This document shows positions 13,201 to 25,961 of a stretch of DNA of 64,000 bases, piece by piece; position 1 is the first letter of the stretch; every line of letters begins with the position of its first letter. The notes below the pieces were generated by a model. The model did not search any database, was not told the origin of the DNA, and saw nothing but the letters and a program-made list of their open reading frames with translations. Location of the stretch: NCBI GenBank assembly GCA_950097015.1, contig CATNEN010000038.1, positions 12,710,001 to 12,774,000 on the forward strand, given 5' to 3'. The translations under genes were made by a program, and so were the position numbers. The DNA is from Macrostomum hystrix. Its lineage: Eukaryota > Animalia > Platyhelminthes.

Positions 13201-15194
13201 ATAGGTAGGGTGGTTCTGTTCTAACTTTTAAAAATTCTGTTTTATAGATGACAAAGTGTCCACAAGTCTAAGTCACTTCATCATCCACCCTCTGATATAT
13301 TAGACAGATTGTCATCTATATGACAAAGTTGTAAGATGACGAAGTGTCCAGGTACCCGTAAACTAAACTCTAAATAAAATATGTATGTAAGGAACTTTGT
13401 TAAATAAACAACAAAAAGTTACATAAAGTTAGTGAATTTATTTTGGATGTGGATAACTGTCTGGTCTGGTAACCAAAGAATTGTGATTATTGGTCTAGGA
13501 ACTGTCTTATCAGTCTTCTGTTTTTAGGGTTACTAGATGAAAAATGAGCATGGCTGGTTATTGTGAGAGGTACATACATATACATGCTTAATGGCACACA
13601 TTTCTTTAGTTTTATCATATACTTGCAATGTTCATTATACACATGTGGCATACATATGAATTTACATGTGATTACTTGGTATATATATGAGATAGGGCCC
13701 CATCTTCTTAGAAACCATTTCCCACGCAAATTTATTTTTTTGTTTAATTTTACAAAACTTTTGTTTAAATGCACCAAATGTTTAAATTGCACTGAAAAAA
13801 ATGTTTTAATGAAGTCGCGGAGGTGAGGAGGAGGAGAAGTTTTTAGTATAAATACACACGAACAAAGAGAGAAGAATTAACCCACTCTCATTCGAGAAGG
13901 AGTTCAAAGTAAAGAAAGCTTGAATCTTGAAGTGTTCGTATTGAAGTTATTTGAGAAAAAAACATTGCGAAAGAGAAGTAAATAGAGTGAAGAAAAGCTG
14001 TAAATCTAGATCCACTGGTAAAGCCCAGGGATGGACTGAAGATTGAATTGAAGATTAAACTGAGGATTAAATTGAAGAGAGATTGAAGAGTAATTAAAGA
14101 GTGATAAAACTGATAAAGACAGATAAAGACTGATAAGGACTGATAAAGATGGATAAAGACTGATAAAGAGTACTTATAGAAATAATACAGTAAAGTTTTA
14201 AGTAGAAGTGAATATAGAGGATAGATACTAGCCAAATTGAAAGCATAATGCTACCAGATTAGATACATAAACGCTACCAATTTGAATTAAGAAAGTGCAT
14301 AAAGCGAATAAAGTAAAGACATTCATAAGATTGATATAAAAGATAGTATCAGAGTCAAGTGTAAGCACTATAGCAACTTTGGTAACAGCAGTAGGATTAA
14401 ATTAGCCCTACAACATAATAGTTGTATAAAAAGCCTTTTTAGTTGGATATATAATGATATATCATATTGTCAGCTAGAAGTTATTTTCTAAAATTTGAGG
14501 ACCTAGAGTACTCAACACAATCCTGAATGTGGTAGCAACCTAGGCCTAACAGTCTATTCATATAGCTATAAACTTGTCTAGATTGCAAGGCCTAGGTAAC
14601 TTTATTTTAAAGTTAAGAATAGAAAATGAGCCTATTTTGTCACTATGGAAAATTATTTTATTGCAAGAAAACAACCAAATTGTATTTTATATTTTTATGT
14701 GTTTGTCCAAAGTGAAAGTAGAATTCAAGGTCGCCATTCGGAATAAAGAATGAGTGTGCTCATTCAGCACATGAATTCTTGCCAGACTTATTGATTCATT
14801 TATTTTATTTTCAAATTGTCTACCTTTACACAAACTGCATGAATAAATAATCAAGTATATGTTAACATTAACAATAAATAGTATGTGTATTGTGAAAATA
14901 GATTCAAATATTTATAGTCTAAATACAAACAGAAATAACAAATACAACTAAAAAGCAAAAGTGTGTATACAAAGGCCCATGCTGCCATTATCCTGACTAT
15001 AGGAAGCTACTAAGTTAGCTTGGCCTTAGGGTTAGTTTACTTGATTTACATTATGTTGCTAGATGAAAATCAACAATTGCTACTGCATAGTGCGATTTAC
15101 AACATTTAAAGCACACTTAAGCTAGTAGTGACAGAAAACTTACACTTTGTGCAGCCCTAAGAAGAAAAGATGATACCTTGCTTGCACGGAACAT
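3825..15194 (-). CDS. SUCLA2: Succinyl-CoA ligase beta subunit, ADP-forming type, mitochondrial; exons 15144-15194, 11677-11818, 8976-9521, 7828-8093, 7088-7336, 3825-3899
   Basis: Motifs [51 protein letters not shown] and C-terminal VDVKFELPI; all junctions GT-AG with compatible phases; Arg/Ser-rich presequence in exon 1. Confidence 0.93.
4016..4275. repeat. (GACA)n microsatellite
   Basis: Directly visible. Confidence 0.97.
5286..5650 (-). mobile_element. tRNA-derived SINE, family A copy
   Basis: Reverse complement matches 33295-33652 and 10240-10556; A/B-box head and (ATT)n tail. Confidence 0.85.
6060..7070. repeat. 22-bp minisatellite with 88-bp higher-order repeat
   Basis: AACTGAGGAATCGGTCATCAAG monomers; a variant monomer recurs about every fourth unit. 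Confidence 0.93.
8280..8928. repeat. Two adjoining 23-bp minisatellites
   Basis: GGTCATAGGGAGCTGAGGAAACC array followed by GGTCATTGGGAACAAAGGATATA array. Confidence 0.93.
9690..10130. repeat. GA-rich compound minisatellite (GAGACTGAGATGGAGACACT)
   Basis: Tandem array. Confidence 0.9.
10240..10556 (+). mobile_element. tRNA-derived SINE, family A copy
   Basis: Shares the core GTACACTGCCTGACGATGAGAAAGTCAGG and the tail with the other copies. Confidence 0.85.
11057..11475. mobile_element. Non-autonomous DNA element with CCC...GGG ends flanked by TA (CACTA/EnSpm-like MITE)
   Basis: TA|CCCTGTAAA ... TTTTAGCGGG|TA; internal CCGAA/TTCGG motifs. Confidence 0.5.
12935..13356. mobile_element. MITE with ~37-bp TIRs, GG termini and 8-bp TSD (Merlin-like)
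   Basis: Left GGATCCTAGACACTTTGTCATCTTACAACTTTGTCAT and its near-perfect inverse on the right; TSD CATAAACT/CGTAAACT. Confidence 0.8.
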
Positions 15195-16678
15195 TTTTTC
15201 AATAGAAATTTCAGAAAACGGATTAAAAGAGTTTATTCTGTCGAAAAATATTTAGGCCTACGCAGTCTCGCCCTTTACGTCGAAGCTCAGCTGTTATTAG
15301 GACTGAGTAGCTAATGACCCGAAATAGAGAAATCAATTAGTTCAGCCAGCGAAAATGCAATCAATACTTCTGTACAAGACAACGTGAACTTTTATGTAAT
15401 GAGAATATAGTGAAGTATCACAAAGAACGGCAAGTATGAAATTTCAATCACCGCGTTTTTGTTGCCTAAAGATCAGCAATCACAGAACAGTTACATTAAC
15501 CAGCTAACAAACGAAACTTTCCTTAGAAATGTTTCTCATCGCTAACGTTTAACGTTAGCGTTTTTCATCGTTAAGCAATTATATTTATCATTATTTATTA
15601 TATTATATATTTATTATTATATTTAGTCACGGTAGTATTATTTACACATTAGTATTATTATTATTATTTATTATTTACTGGAAATTTGTTAAAACTAAGA
15701 AGTAGAATTTAAATATAAAGAGGGTTAGGGTTAGGTTAGGGTTACCCTACGCTAATTCGAAGTTCCGGTTAGTTTTAGTGACGCGCGGAGCGGATTTAGA
15801 AGTTTAGGCCCTCGACCCTCTAGACTTATTACTTCATTACTATACGAATATATACTTTCGGAGAAGTTATTATTATTAATATGCCAATTATTATCAACAT
15901 TTCCTATGTTCTGTGTTCCCCTTTGCGATGCTAACTATAACAGGTACCAGTAAATTTAGCAGGTGTTATTAAATTAAAAGTATAACTATATAGATTTGTT
16001 AAATAATCCCATTTCGTGCATGCAACTTGAGCTGTCTTAATTCTTTTTCTGTTAGACAACCAATAAACAATATATAAGAATGGCAACCACGCGCAAACAA
16101 TTTCATTACAATTAGCGACCAAGCCATGCCAGGACCAGGACTCCTCGACTGGACTCCGCTGGGTCCATCTTTTCGCTAAAAATATTCAGCCAGCCAATCA
16201 GCGCAGCCTTCTACAACTTCTTGAAGAAAATAATCTAGAAAAATACATGCTAGATGTAAATTTGCAATGCAGTATTTGGAAGTCACAGTGTTATAGGCGT
16301 GTTACTCGTTGCTAATTACCAATTTGGTAACGATCGTTACTTTTTGCAACGTTACTTTTTCCCGTTACCACGGCCGTTGGTAACGAAAATGATGGTAACG
16401 AATCGTTACAATAGTGTGCATTTCCCGTTTCCTGTTTCGTAACATGCAGTTTGCGAAAAAAATGAGAGTTTTAATTGTTTTTGTTGCGAAAAGCAAATTA
16501 ACTTGCGAAATTTTTATTGGTCAATCCTTAAACTCACTATAGTCTGTTACTTTACTCTTACGCCAATATTATATTATCATCAATCATCAATATTATCAAT
16601 CTAAATGCAAAATCTTCATGTGATTTCATGGCTACTAAACCCAAGCCCAAAATCATCAAGATCAGTAAGAGAGAGATA

Positions 16679-17609
16679 CTACGGGTGTGTCATAAGTAAT
16701 GTCACTGTGGTTGTTGTGCGGGAACCCAAAGCAATAATCATCCAAATATATTATATTCTGAAAGTACATTTATTGAGAAGTTGCCACCACACCTGAGCAG
16801 CAATTTTAATGTCTATGGCCAAAACTGTCGCAAGAATTTGGCCATGACCTCACTGCGGACCAACGTCAGGCCCGTGTGAACTGCGCCAATCAGATCCGCA
16901 AGGTGTTCAGCAGCCGGGGCTTGGATGACATCCTAAACTGCCTGGTTGTTGAGGATGAGACCTGGCTCCACCTGGATGGCAAAAGCAGCAAGGCAGGCAG
17001 TCGCTGCTGGCCGGGAGCTGGGGACTCCAGGCTGACTGTGACCAGGAGGTCCATCTCAGACAAGAAGACCATGCTGCTGGTGGCATTCACGCCAAACAAA
17101 CGAGTCTTCATCTGTACAACTCCGCCAAACACCAAGGTCGATGGCCAGTACTTCATCGACTTTGTCCGACACACTGGGAACCTCTGGCGCACGCTCCGGT
17201 CAAACCCGATTCACCTGAACGAAGTTCTGTGGCAGATGGACAACGCACGGCCCCACACCTGTCAGGCTGTTTCGGATTTTCTGGCTGGACGGCGAGTAAA
17301 TCTGCTCTGGCAGAGTCCCTACAGCCCAGACTTCAACTTGTGCGACAGGTTTCTCTTTAAATGGCTGAAGGCAGACTTTTCCCAGAGAAGTTTCGCAAAC
17401 CATGATGAGGTCAAAGAAGCCGCGTTGCACTGGTTCCGACAGCTGGAGGAAAAACACCTGCAGGCTGAGGTAGAGAAGCTGTACGAGCACTGACAGAGGG
17501 TGATTGATATTGGGGGACACTATGTTGTTGATTGATACAGTTTCGTTCATCTGCGATTGTTAGTTGGTCTGTTTTACCCTCAGTGACATTACTTATGACA
17601 CACCCGAAG
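16679..17609 (+). mobile_element. Internally deleted mariner-type (DD34D) transposon
   Basis: TIR CGGGTGTGTCATAAGTAATGTCACTG at both ends, TA TSD; ORF 16876-17493 with EDETW, DNARPH, YSPDFNLCD; N-terminal DNA-binding domain missing. Confidence 0.9.
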
Positions 17610-18242
17610 TATGATAACAGAGTCTAAAAAAGTGGACGATGTTGGAGATTACAACATATGATATGAGTAATGACCGATGAACAAAGCTACACGTATTTAT
17701 TGCAATGCTTACGCAAAAATGTCAGATTTATAGTAAAAGTGTAAAAAACTGAAAGTAAAGGATAAAAGTAACAATCGTTACTGTTTTGGCATTTATTCGA
17801 TACTTAATTTTACCATGACCAGTATGGTCAGTAACGATCGTTACCGCCATCATTGCTGATACACCTTTGGTAACTTTTTGGTAACACTTTTTGGTAACAC
17901 ACCGATGATTCATAGTATTTTTTAAAGTAAACTAAACTAAAATAAAATAAAAATTTGCATGAATAGGGGCGTTGGTACCGCAAGTGGTTTATAAACTTCA
18001 TCGTAACTTCGTGTTCCGAAAGTGGCAGCTGGCGTATATTATATAGTAATTGAAAAGAAATAATATCATAAATTTATTTTTTGGTGCTTTTGTAATTATT
18101 AAAGAACAGCTGCAGATTACATATTCAATAAAACCTGCACAATTTGGTTCGCAATAAGTATATTATACGAATGCATGCAAATACTTAGGATACTAAGCAA
18201 GTACTAACTACACAGCTAATGCAGCTGCTGCAGGCTAGCGAG

Positions 18243-18936
18243 TCAGAAGTTCTTGTACGCCCATATGAAATTCTCGGTGGTCCAGTTGAGCCGTCGAAGC
18301 CTAGCGATGGGGCTGATTTTCAATGAGAATATTCTGCCATAGACGTAGCAGCACAGGCACATTAGTAACAGCAGCACACTGGCCTGGAAGCGGTAGATCT
18401 CCAAATGCTTCGAGGCCATGTTGCGCCGGTTGTCGCGAATTGAAGTCATGCACTGAGAAATCGGCCGCTCGTGACTCCAATAGTTCGGCCGCCGCTTGAC
18501 CGGCGGGGACGCTAAGAGACAGAATTCGCGCATGTCCGCTGACTGAGCGAATGCGCTTAGCGGCTCATCGACCGAGTTGTTCGACGTCCACAGCTTGTGC
18601 AGTCGACAGATGTCGTCGCCAAAGCGAATGAGGCGGACGATGACTCTCAATGGAACTTTCCTGCCATTTTCCGGGACACGGGTGGATTTTAAAAGAAAAC
18701 GACCTAACGAAATCAACCGGCCATTAGTGCAGAATTCCGACGGAAACTCCCAGTTTGAGATATTGACGGAGTCCGTTTGGCTGGGGATGTTATGGGCAGT
18801 GCTTTTAAACAATGATTCTCAATTTAGTTGCAACTGTAGAAATACTAAAAACTAACGAGTATATAATTGCTCACCAGCAGTTCAGTACAGCCGTCAAAAC
18901 CAAGGCTAAGCAGCCGAGAAGACTGCCTGGCTGCAT
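18243..18936 (-). CDS. Orphan two-exon protein with signal peptide and C-terminal hydrophobic helix (exons 18875-18936, 18243-18780)
   Basis: MQPGSLLGCLALVLTAVLNC joins the 189-aa ORF in frame via TG|GTGAG..CCCCAG|C; VLLLLMCLCCYVY segment near the end. Confidence 0.55.
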
Positions 18937-19489
18937 CGTCACAAGTTTATTTAGACCAAATTGATTCACACGGTGCCAACAAGATTAATTGGCAATCTTT
19001 CTTATATCTTCGAATTGGTGCGTTAGAGTTCACCTGTTATAAATTAACACGAAATATCGAGATACGAGTCCAAATGGTTTAGCTTTTCTTGTCGCTAAGC
19101 GGCAAAGGACACAGACATATTGCACATTTCACTGGCAAGAACGTTGTTGATGTTGAGAGATAACCATGTAAACTTCATAAGCCAAAAGGCTTGCATATTG
19201 ATCCGCTTATTTTTAAGGAATGGGCCGTCTATGGCTATTCCCGTTTACGTACGAATTACGTACGTTTATATCCATATAATGGTACTGATTCGCAAGCACA
19301 AAGGAACGTATATTTCCCAAGCAAAATAATAAAAAACAGTAACCAGAATGAACAAACACGATATAAATTGTTTAATAAGCTATTCATAGCTGAACAGTTA
19401 GTTCGCTGCTGCTTATATAGCAGTTCATTTGAAATATATCAGAAGCTTCTCACCATCGACCTCCAACTTCTCAATTCCACGTTGATGTT

Positions 19490-19920
19490 TTACTGATTCC
19501 ATAGGTATTTCAACACTCTTCTGATTAGCATTAGCAACAACTTCACTTCATAATGCTGAATCATTGTGATGATATCCTTCAACTTACCAAGTTTAAAGTT
19601 CTGACCGTCAACATTCCGGACTTCGAACACAAAGTACTGCAGCAACTCGTTAAGACCACCAGCTGACATCTCTTCCATTGATTTAATGACCAACAGTCCA
19701 GGTGTCCCGAGTTCCAGTTGGGCTTGGAGGCGAGAGGCCTTCCAGGCCTAAAAAAATTTGACGGCCTAGTCTCGCTTCGCTCTTGTAGCTCGGGATTTCG
19801 GGATACAACTAGATGACGTTGTAAATCTATTGCAGTAAGAATCTTTCCAAACGGTCTCGCCAATAAGCCAAGGTTGTCGGCACTTTTGCTCGACGTGGAA
19901 GATGTCTGCGCCGAGTCCAT
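19490..19920 (-). pseudogene. Crypton-type tyrosine recombinase (DUF3504-like) N-terminal remnant
   Basis: LNELLQYFVFEVRNVDGQNF..LKDIITMIQHY; upstream TRAKRD*AVKFF*AWK contains stops. Confidence 0.65.
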
Positions 19921-20859
19921 TTTTTCTACTTTTTGGCTTGATTTTATCTACAACATGAGGCCCTGGTTTTCAAGCCCAGAGTAGGCGGAACAGATTCTTT
20001 TTTACGCAAGCTTCGTCCACCAGTTTTGAACATAGACATCTGTCTGCAAACCCCAGCCCCAAGACAAGTTATCTTTGGTACGAACAGGCGCCAATATATA
20101 TATACATATTCAAGCTCCGGAGATTCAAGCTCAAGGCCTGCAAAAGTCGTCTCATTCAGCTTTTCACGGGACACTACTGTACTAAAATGGGAAATTATTA
20201 AGCTGTCACCACTTAGATGTTACACGACGCCCCATTAAGATTCCAGTCTTCGCCAGAACCCGGAATTTGACTCTTGGCTTACATGTCAAAGATTCTCGCC
20301 ACACTTTCCTGGTTAAGGCCCTGTTTCAGGTTCAGTTTCGGCACTTTCATTGTGCAATGATTGAGACACCACACTTGGCTAGTCCTATATATACACTGTG
20401 GGGGTATAGCACTCAAGATCGTCAGCATCATGTCGATATGAAAACGCGGATCTGTCCGTTCTCATTCGGCCAATTTGAGTGCTGGCGTCATACTACTGAG
20501 TTGGGTACAGCTGTTCAGCTTGACATGTGCATGTTTATATACAGTTTCCAACAGAAATTTACGGAACAGCGTTTACGTACTTCACAATTTGTAAAGAGAT
20601 GCTAAACAATTATCGAAATTCTTAGCAAGCAAGATGCAATGGGAAGCGCGAAATTTCAAAGAAGCAAAACTATATTTGTTAATTTGACTACATTTCTAAA
20701 CTATATTTCAAATTAATAAACTTAATTTGAAACAAATATGGTATTTGAGTACGAGCGTATATTATTTACACGCATTTGACTTAAACGACTTACAAACAAG
20801 CTACTTTTGAAAGGGTCATTTTTGAGCCATTACCATTAAAAAAGACACTTTAGAACCAG

Positions 20860-22080
20860 CTCAGTCAGTCTGAAACCAACTCAATCACTGTCTAGCCAGC
20901 TCAGTCACTCTCAGAGCAGCTTAGTCACTCTTAAACCAACTCAGTCACTCTGAAACCAACTCAATCACTGTCTAGCCAGCTCAGTCACTCTCAGACCAGC
21001 TTAGTCACTCTTAAACCAACTCAGTCACTCTGAAACCAACTCAATCACTGTCTAGCCAGCTCAGTCACTCTCAGACCAGCTTAGTCACTCTTAAACCAAC
21101 TCAGTCACTCTGAAACCAACTCAATCACTGTCTAGCCAGCTCAGTCACTCTCAGACCAGCTTAGTCACTCTTAAACCAACTCAGTCACTCTGAAACCAAC
21201 TCAATCACTGTCTAGCCAGCTCAGTCACTCTCAAACCAAGGCAGACACTCTCGAACCAACTCAGACACTCTCAAACCAAATCAGACACTCTCAAACCAAA
21301 TCAGACACTCTCAAACCAAATCAGACACTTTCAAACCAACTCAGTCAATCTCAGACCAGCTTAGTCACTCTTAAACCAGCTCAGTCACTCTCAGACCAAC
21401 TCAGTCACTCTCAAAACAACTCAGACACTCTCGAACCAACTCAGTCACTCTCGAACCAACTCAGACACTCTCAAACCAAATCAGACACTCTCAAACCAAC
21501 TCAGTCACTCTCAAACCAACTCAGACACTCTCGAACCAACTCAGTCACTCTCGAACCAACTCAGACACTCTCAAACCAACTCAGACACTCTCGAACCAAC
21601 TCAGTCACTCTCAAACCAACTCAGACTGCACTCTCGAACCAACTCAGTCACTCTCAGACCAGCTCAGTCACTCTCGAACCAACTCAGTCATTCTCAAACC
21701 AACTCAGTCACTCTCAAACCAAATCAGACACTCTCAAACCAACTCAGTCACTCTCAAACCAACTCAGACACTCTCGAACCAACTCAGTCACTCTCAGACC
21801 AGCTCAGTCACTCTCGAACCAACTCAGTCACTCTCAAACCAACTCAGTCATTCTCAGACCAACTCAGGCACTCTCAAACCAACTCAGTCACTCTCAGACC
21901 AACTCAGGCACTCTCAAACCAACTCAGGCACTCTCAGACCAACTCAGGCACTCTCAAACCAACTCAGTCACTCTCAAACCAACTCAGTCACTCTCAAACC
22001 AACTCAGTCACTCTCAAACCAACTCAGTCACTCTCAAACCAACTCAGTCACTCTCAGACCAACTCAGTCACCCTAAAACC
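20860..22080. repeat. 20-bp minisatellite (CAACTCAGTCACTCTCAAAC) with an 80-bp higher-order block
   Basis: Tandem array. Confidence 0.95.
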
Positions 22081-22087
22081 AACAAAG

Positions 22088-22402
22088 TCACTTTCCGTCC
22101 GCTGTGGTAGCAGTTTTTTTCCATCGCCGCCTCTCCCAGCGAACGCTGTCAGACACGAAGGCAGACAGAATCGTCAGGCGGTGGACGAAAGGCATGGGCG
22201 CACCAGCGGCTGGATTTGCAAAACGGTATTTCTCCTGCTGCTGCTGGCTGGTGCTCGAGTAAGCGCGTAACGTCGCAGTCGGGAGGAGCTGGGAGCCTGG
22301 AAAGATTGCCGCCGCGGCCGCCAGTTGCGGCGGCGGGTGAACGGTGTGCGGCCGGCTGGCCGAGACATCGGTTGCTACAGTTGAGCCATTGGAGTCTGCC
22401 AT
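22088..22402 (-). CDS. Possible low-complexity first exon or ORF of an unknown gene
   Basis: GC-rich ATG-initiated ORF (MADSNGSTVATDVS...); no recognisable domain and no downstream exon found. Confidence 0.25.
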   Translation of the reverse strand: MADSNGSTVATDVSASRPHTVHPPPQLAAAAAIFPGSQLLPTATLRAYSSTSQQQQEKYRFANPAAGAPMPFVHRLTILSAFVSDSVRWERRRWKKTATTADGK

Positions 22403-23383
22403 GTTTTCCAATTAGGAAAAATTTGCCTCAATAAAGAGATCGAACTTAATTAATGGAAATTAACCGCCATGACTCACACTGTCTGGTGAGCAGGCTGCAG
22501 CTCAGCAGTAGTCGCTGACCGCAGGCCACAGCAGCAGCCGCCGCGGCAGCCGCAGATGTTGCCGAGTCACTGCGCTGACGCAGCTGTGGTCGGAGAGGCG
22601 TCAGCGGGCCGCTCAAAAGAGCCGGGGGTAGCAGCTGCTGCTGCCGTTGCTTTTCGCTGGGCCGCAACCGCTCTCGTTTTCTAATGGCCGATCTGCTGAC
22701 GCCATCGCCTGACTGCACTGCTCTGCAAGGCAGTTGGAATTCGTAATACAGAACTGACGTCAGCCTCTCGACCTCAGCTGCCGCCCGCTCCTGTGGGGCC
22801 ATTGGGGCCGCTGCGGCAGTCTTTCGCATGCGCGGCCCGGTAATTGAGAGAGGCGCGCGCAGTGCAGCAGTGCGATGAGACAGATAGTAAAATACAAACA
22901 AGATAGAGGCTTTATGCTCTAGTCTTGAGTGATGCTTAATTCTCAGTGAACAGGTGGCCTGTATAGTCTCATGCAGTAGACGACGATAGCTGCACCTCTC
23001 TAAACTTTGTCTTCTAGTTTTTAGAGCTGCATTCTCTCACTCGATGACATTCAGATAAGCTAGTTTAAAGAGAGCCAGCATGCGCAACCCGAGAACTATT
23101 CTTAGAAACGGTACTGTGCAGCACTGTACACTTTTGCTATGCATTTGCTATATTTGCGCGGAGCTCAGGTGCTAAAGCGATGAAGATCATGTTAAGCAGT
23201 TGAACTGAATCTGACGCTATAACATGCAAAGCATCGAGCACTTGTACGTTTATGCAGCTAACTTACTATATGCACAGCTACATACACGTAACTCTTCAAA
23301 CATAGACTTACTGCACTGCCTCCCAATAAATATTCTCTACCCACTGCATTGCAAAAATTATACGCTTGGAATATAGAATCCTT

Positions 23384-24380
23384 GCTGCACTCACTCTGCG
23401 TGCAGTCTCAAGACCACTACCCACTGCACTCCCTCTGCGTGCAGTCTCAAGACCACTACCCACTGCACTCCCTCTGCGTGCAGTCTCAAGATCACTACCC
23501 ACTGCACTCCCTCTGCGTGCAGTCTCAAGACCACTACCCACTGCACTCCCTCTGCGTGCAGTCTCAAGACCACTACCCACTGCACTCCCTCTGCGTGCAG
23601 TCTCAAGACCACTACCCACTGCACTCCCTCTGCGTGCAGTCTCAAGACCACTACCCACTGCACTCCCTCTGCGTGCAGTCTCAAGACCACTACCCACTGC
23701 ACTCCCTCTGCGTGCAGTCTCAAGACCACTACCCACTGCACTCCCTCTGCGTGCAGTCTCAAGACCACTACCCACTGCACTCCCTCTGCGTGCAGTCTCA
23801 AGATCACTACCCACTGCACTCCCTCTGCGTGCAGTCTCAAGATCACTACCCACTGCACTCCCTCTGCGTGCAGTCTCAAGACCACTACCCACTGCACTCC
23901 CTCTGCGTGCAGTCTCAAGATCACTACCCACTGCACTCCCTCTGCGTGCAGTCTCAAGATCACTACCCACTGCACTCCCTCTGCGTGCAGTCTCAAGATC
24001 ACTACCCACTGCACTCCCTCTGCGTGCAGTCTCAAGATCACTACCCACTGCACTCCCTCTGCGTGCAGTCTCAAGACCACTACCCACTGCACTCCCTCTG
24101 CGTGCAGTCTCAAGATCACTACCCACTGCACTCCCTCTGCGTGCAGTCTCAAGACCACTACCCACTGCACTCCCTCTGCGTGCAGTCTCAAGACCACTAC
24201 CCACTGCACTCCCTCTGCGTGCAGTCTCAAGATCACTACCCACTGCACTCCCTCTGCGTGCAGTCTCAAGATCACTACCCACTGCACTCCCTCTGCGTGC
24301 AGTCTCAAGACCACTACCCACTGCAGTCCTTTTTGTGCAGTCTCAAGATCACTACCCACTGCAGTCCTTTTTGTGCAGTC
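23384..24380. repeat. 39-bp minisatellite, highly homogeneous
   Basis: CTGCACTCCCTCTGCGTGCAGTCTCAAGAYCACTACCCA units. Confidence 0.97.
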
Positions 24381-24399
24381 TCAAGTCCTCTCACTGCAC

Positions 24400-25070
24400 C
24401 CCCCTACCGTACAAAATCCTCTACCAACTGCATTCACTAACCGTACAAAATCTCTACCTGCTGCATTCACTAACCGTTCAAAATCCTCTATCAACTGCAT
24501 TCACTAACCGTTCAAAATCCTCTATCAACTGCATTCACAAACCGTTCAAAATCCTCTATCAACTGCATTCACAAACCGTTCAAAATCTCTACCTGCTACA
24601 TTCACTAACCGTTCAAAATCCTCTATCAACTGCATTCACTAACCGTACAAAATCTTTACCTGCTGCATTCACTAACCGTTCAAAATCCTCTATCAACTGC
24701 ATTCACTAACCGTACAAAATCTTTACCTGCTGCATTCACTAACCGTTCAAAATCCTCTATCAACTGCATTCACTAACCGTTCAAAATCCTCTACCTGCTG
24801 CATTCACTAACCGTACAAAATCTCTACCTGCTGCATTCACTAACCGTACAAAATCCTCTACCTGCTGCATTCACTAACCGTACAAAATCTCTACGTGCTG
24901 CATTCACTAACCGTACAAAATCTCTACGTGCTGCATTCACTAACCGTACAAAATCTCTACGTGCTGCATTCACTAACCGTACAAAATCTCTACGTGCTGC
25001 ATTCACTAACCGTACAAAATCTCTACCTGCTGCATTCACTAACGGTAAAAAATCTCTACTTGCTGCCTTC
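24400..25070. repeat. 36-37-bp minisatellite
   Basis: CTGCATTCACTAACCGTACAAAATCTCTAC units. Confidence 0.93.
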
Positions 25071-25653
25071 ACTTAGCGTGCAAAATCCTTCAGTAATTGC
25101 ATTCCGGCCCTACCGTGCAAAATCCACTAAATACTACAATCCCTTACTGTGCAAAATCATCTACTCAATCCTACTACAGTTTTATTGTGCATGCAATTCT
25201 TTTGGCCTCTGCATTGCACAAATCGCTGAGAGCGACTTTTAGAAACTTAAATTGAACAATGCAAAATGTAACAGTATTACACGTCAATTGCTTACAGTAT
25301 TATAAGGCTGCATATTAAGTAACAATACAAATGACAGGAACTATCAAATAGTTCAACTCTAGCAGTTCTTCGATGGCATGTGGTTATAAAAAACAATATA
25401 TTTCACAATTTACGAACAATTCACAAACTGTGGTGAATACGCCTGTTACTTACAGTAGGCAATCTAGATAGAGCTAGAAAGTTACTGACAATCCAAGCAA
25501 AAAAATTCTGGCGCGGAGGGACGCAAGACAATGGCAGCATGTGAGACAGTGGCACTGCCATGACTGATTTATTCAGTACCGATAATCTAGTGCTTTTATT
25601 TAGTGTTTTGTCTATGGCCTAATCGAATTTACGAAATGTTGTATTCTCTAAAA

Positions 25654-25961
25654 CAGGGGTCGGAGAAACCCAAGGGCCAGATGCCAGGGCCAGGGCCAAA
25701 ATTGGACCCATTGCCTTTTCCGTTCCAACACCAAAAGTATTGTCTTTGTATCCTATATATTTCCCGTCTTATCTCACCTCGGTCTCGTCTCTTGCGTCTC
25801 ACCTCTCCGCTGACTTATCTATCACGAATCTCATCTCTCCACTCCCCTCTCCTGTTTCATATCTCCTCAATCTCACAGTCATTCCGTCACTGCGGCCCGC
25901 TATCGTCTTTTAGGTTCTTTCTTTGGCCCGCTATATAGCAAAATAAGTTTGCCGATCCCTG
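25654..25961. mobile_element. hAT (Charlie-like) MITE
   Basis: CAGGGGTCGG...CCGATCCCTG termini; degenerate 8-bp TSD CTCTAAAA/CTACAAAA. Confidence 0.6.

Noticed and set aside
23308-24709. 300-450-aa repetitive ORFs and a CRISPR-like appearance
   Set aside because: Contiguous 39-bp and 36-bp tandem units with no unique spacers; eukaryotic context with no cas genes
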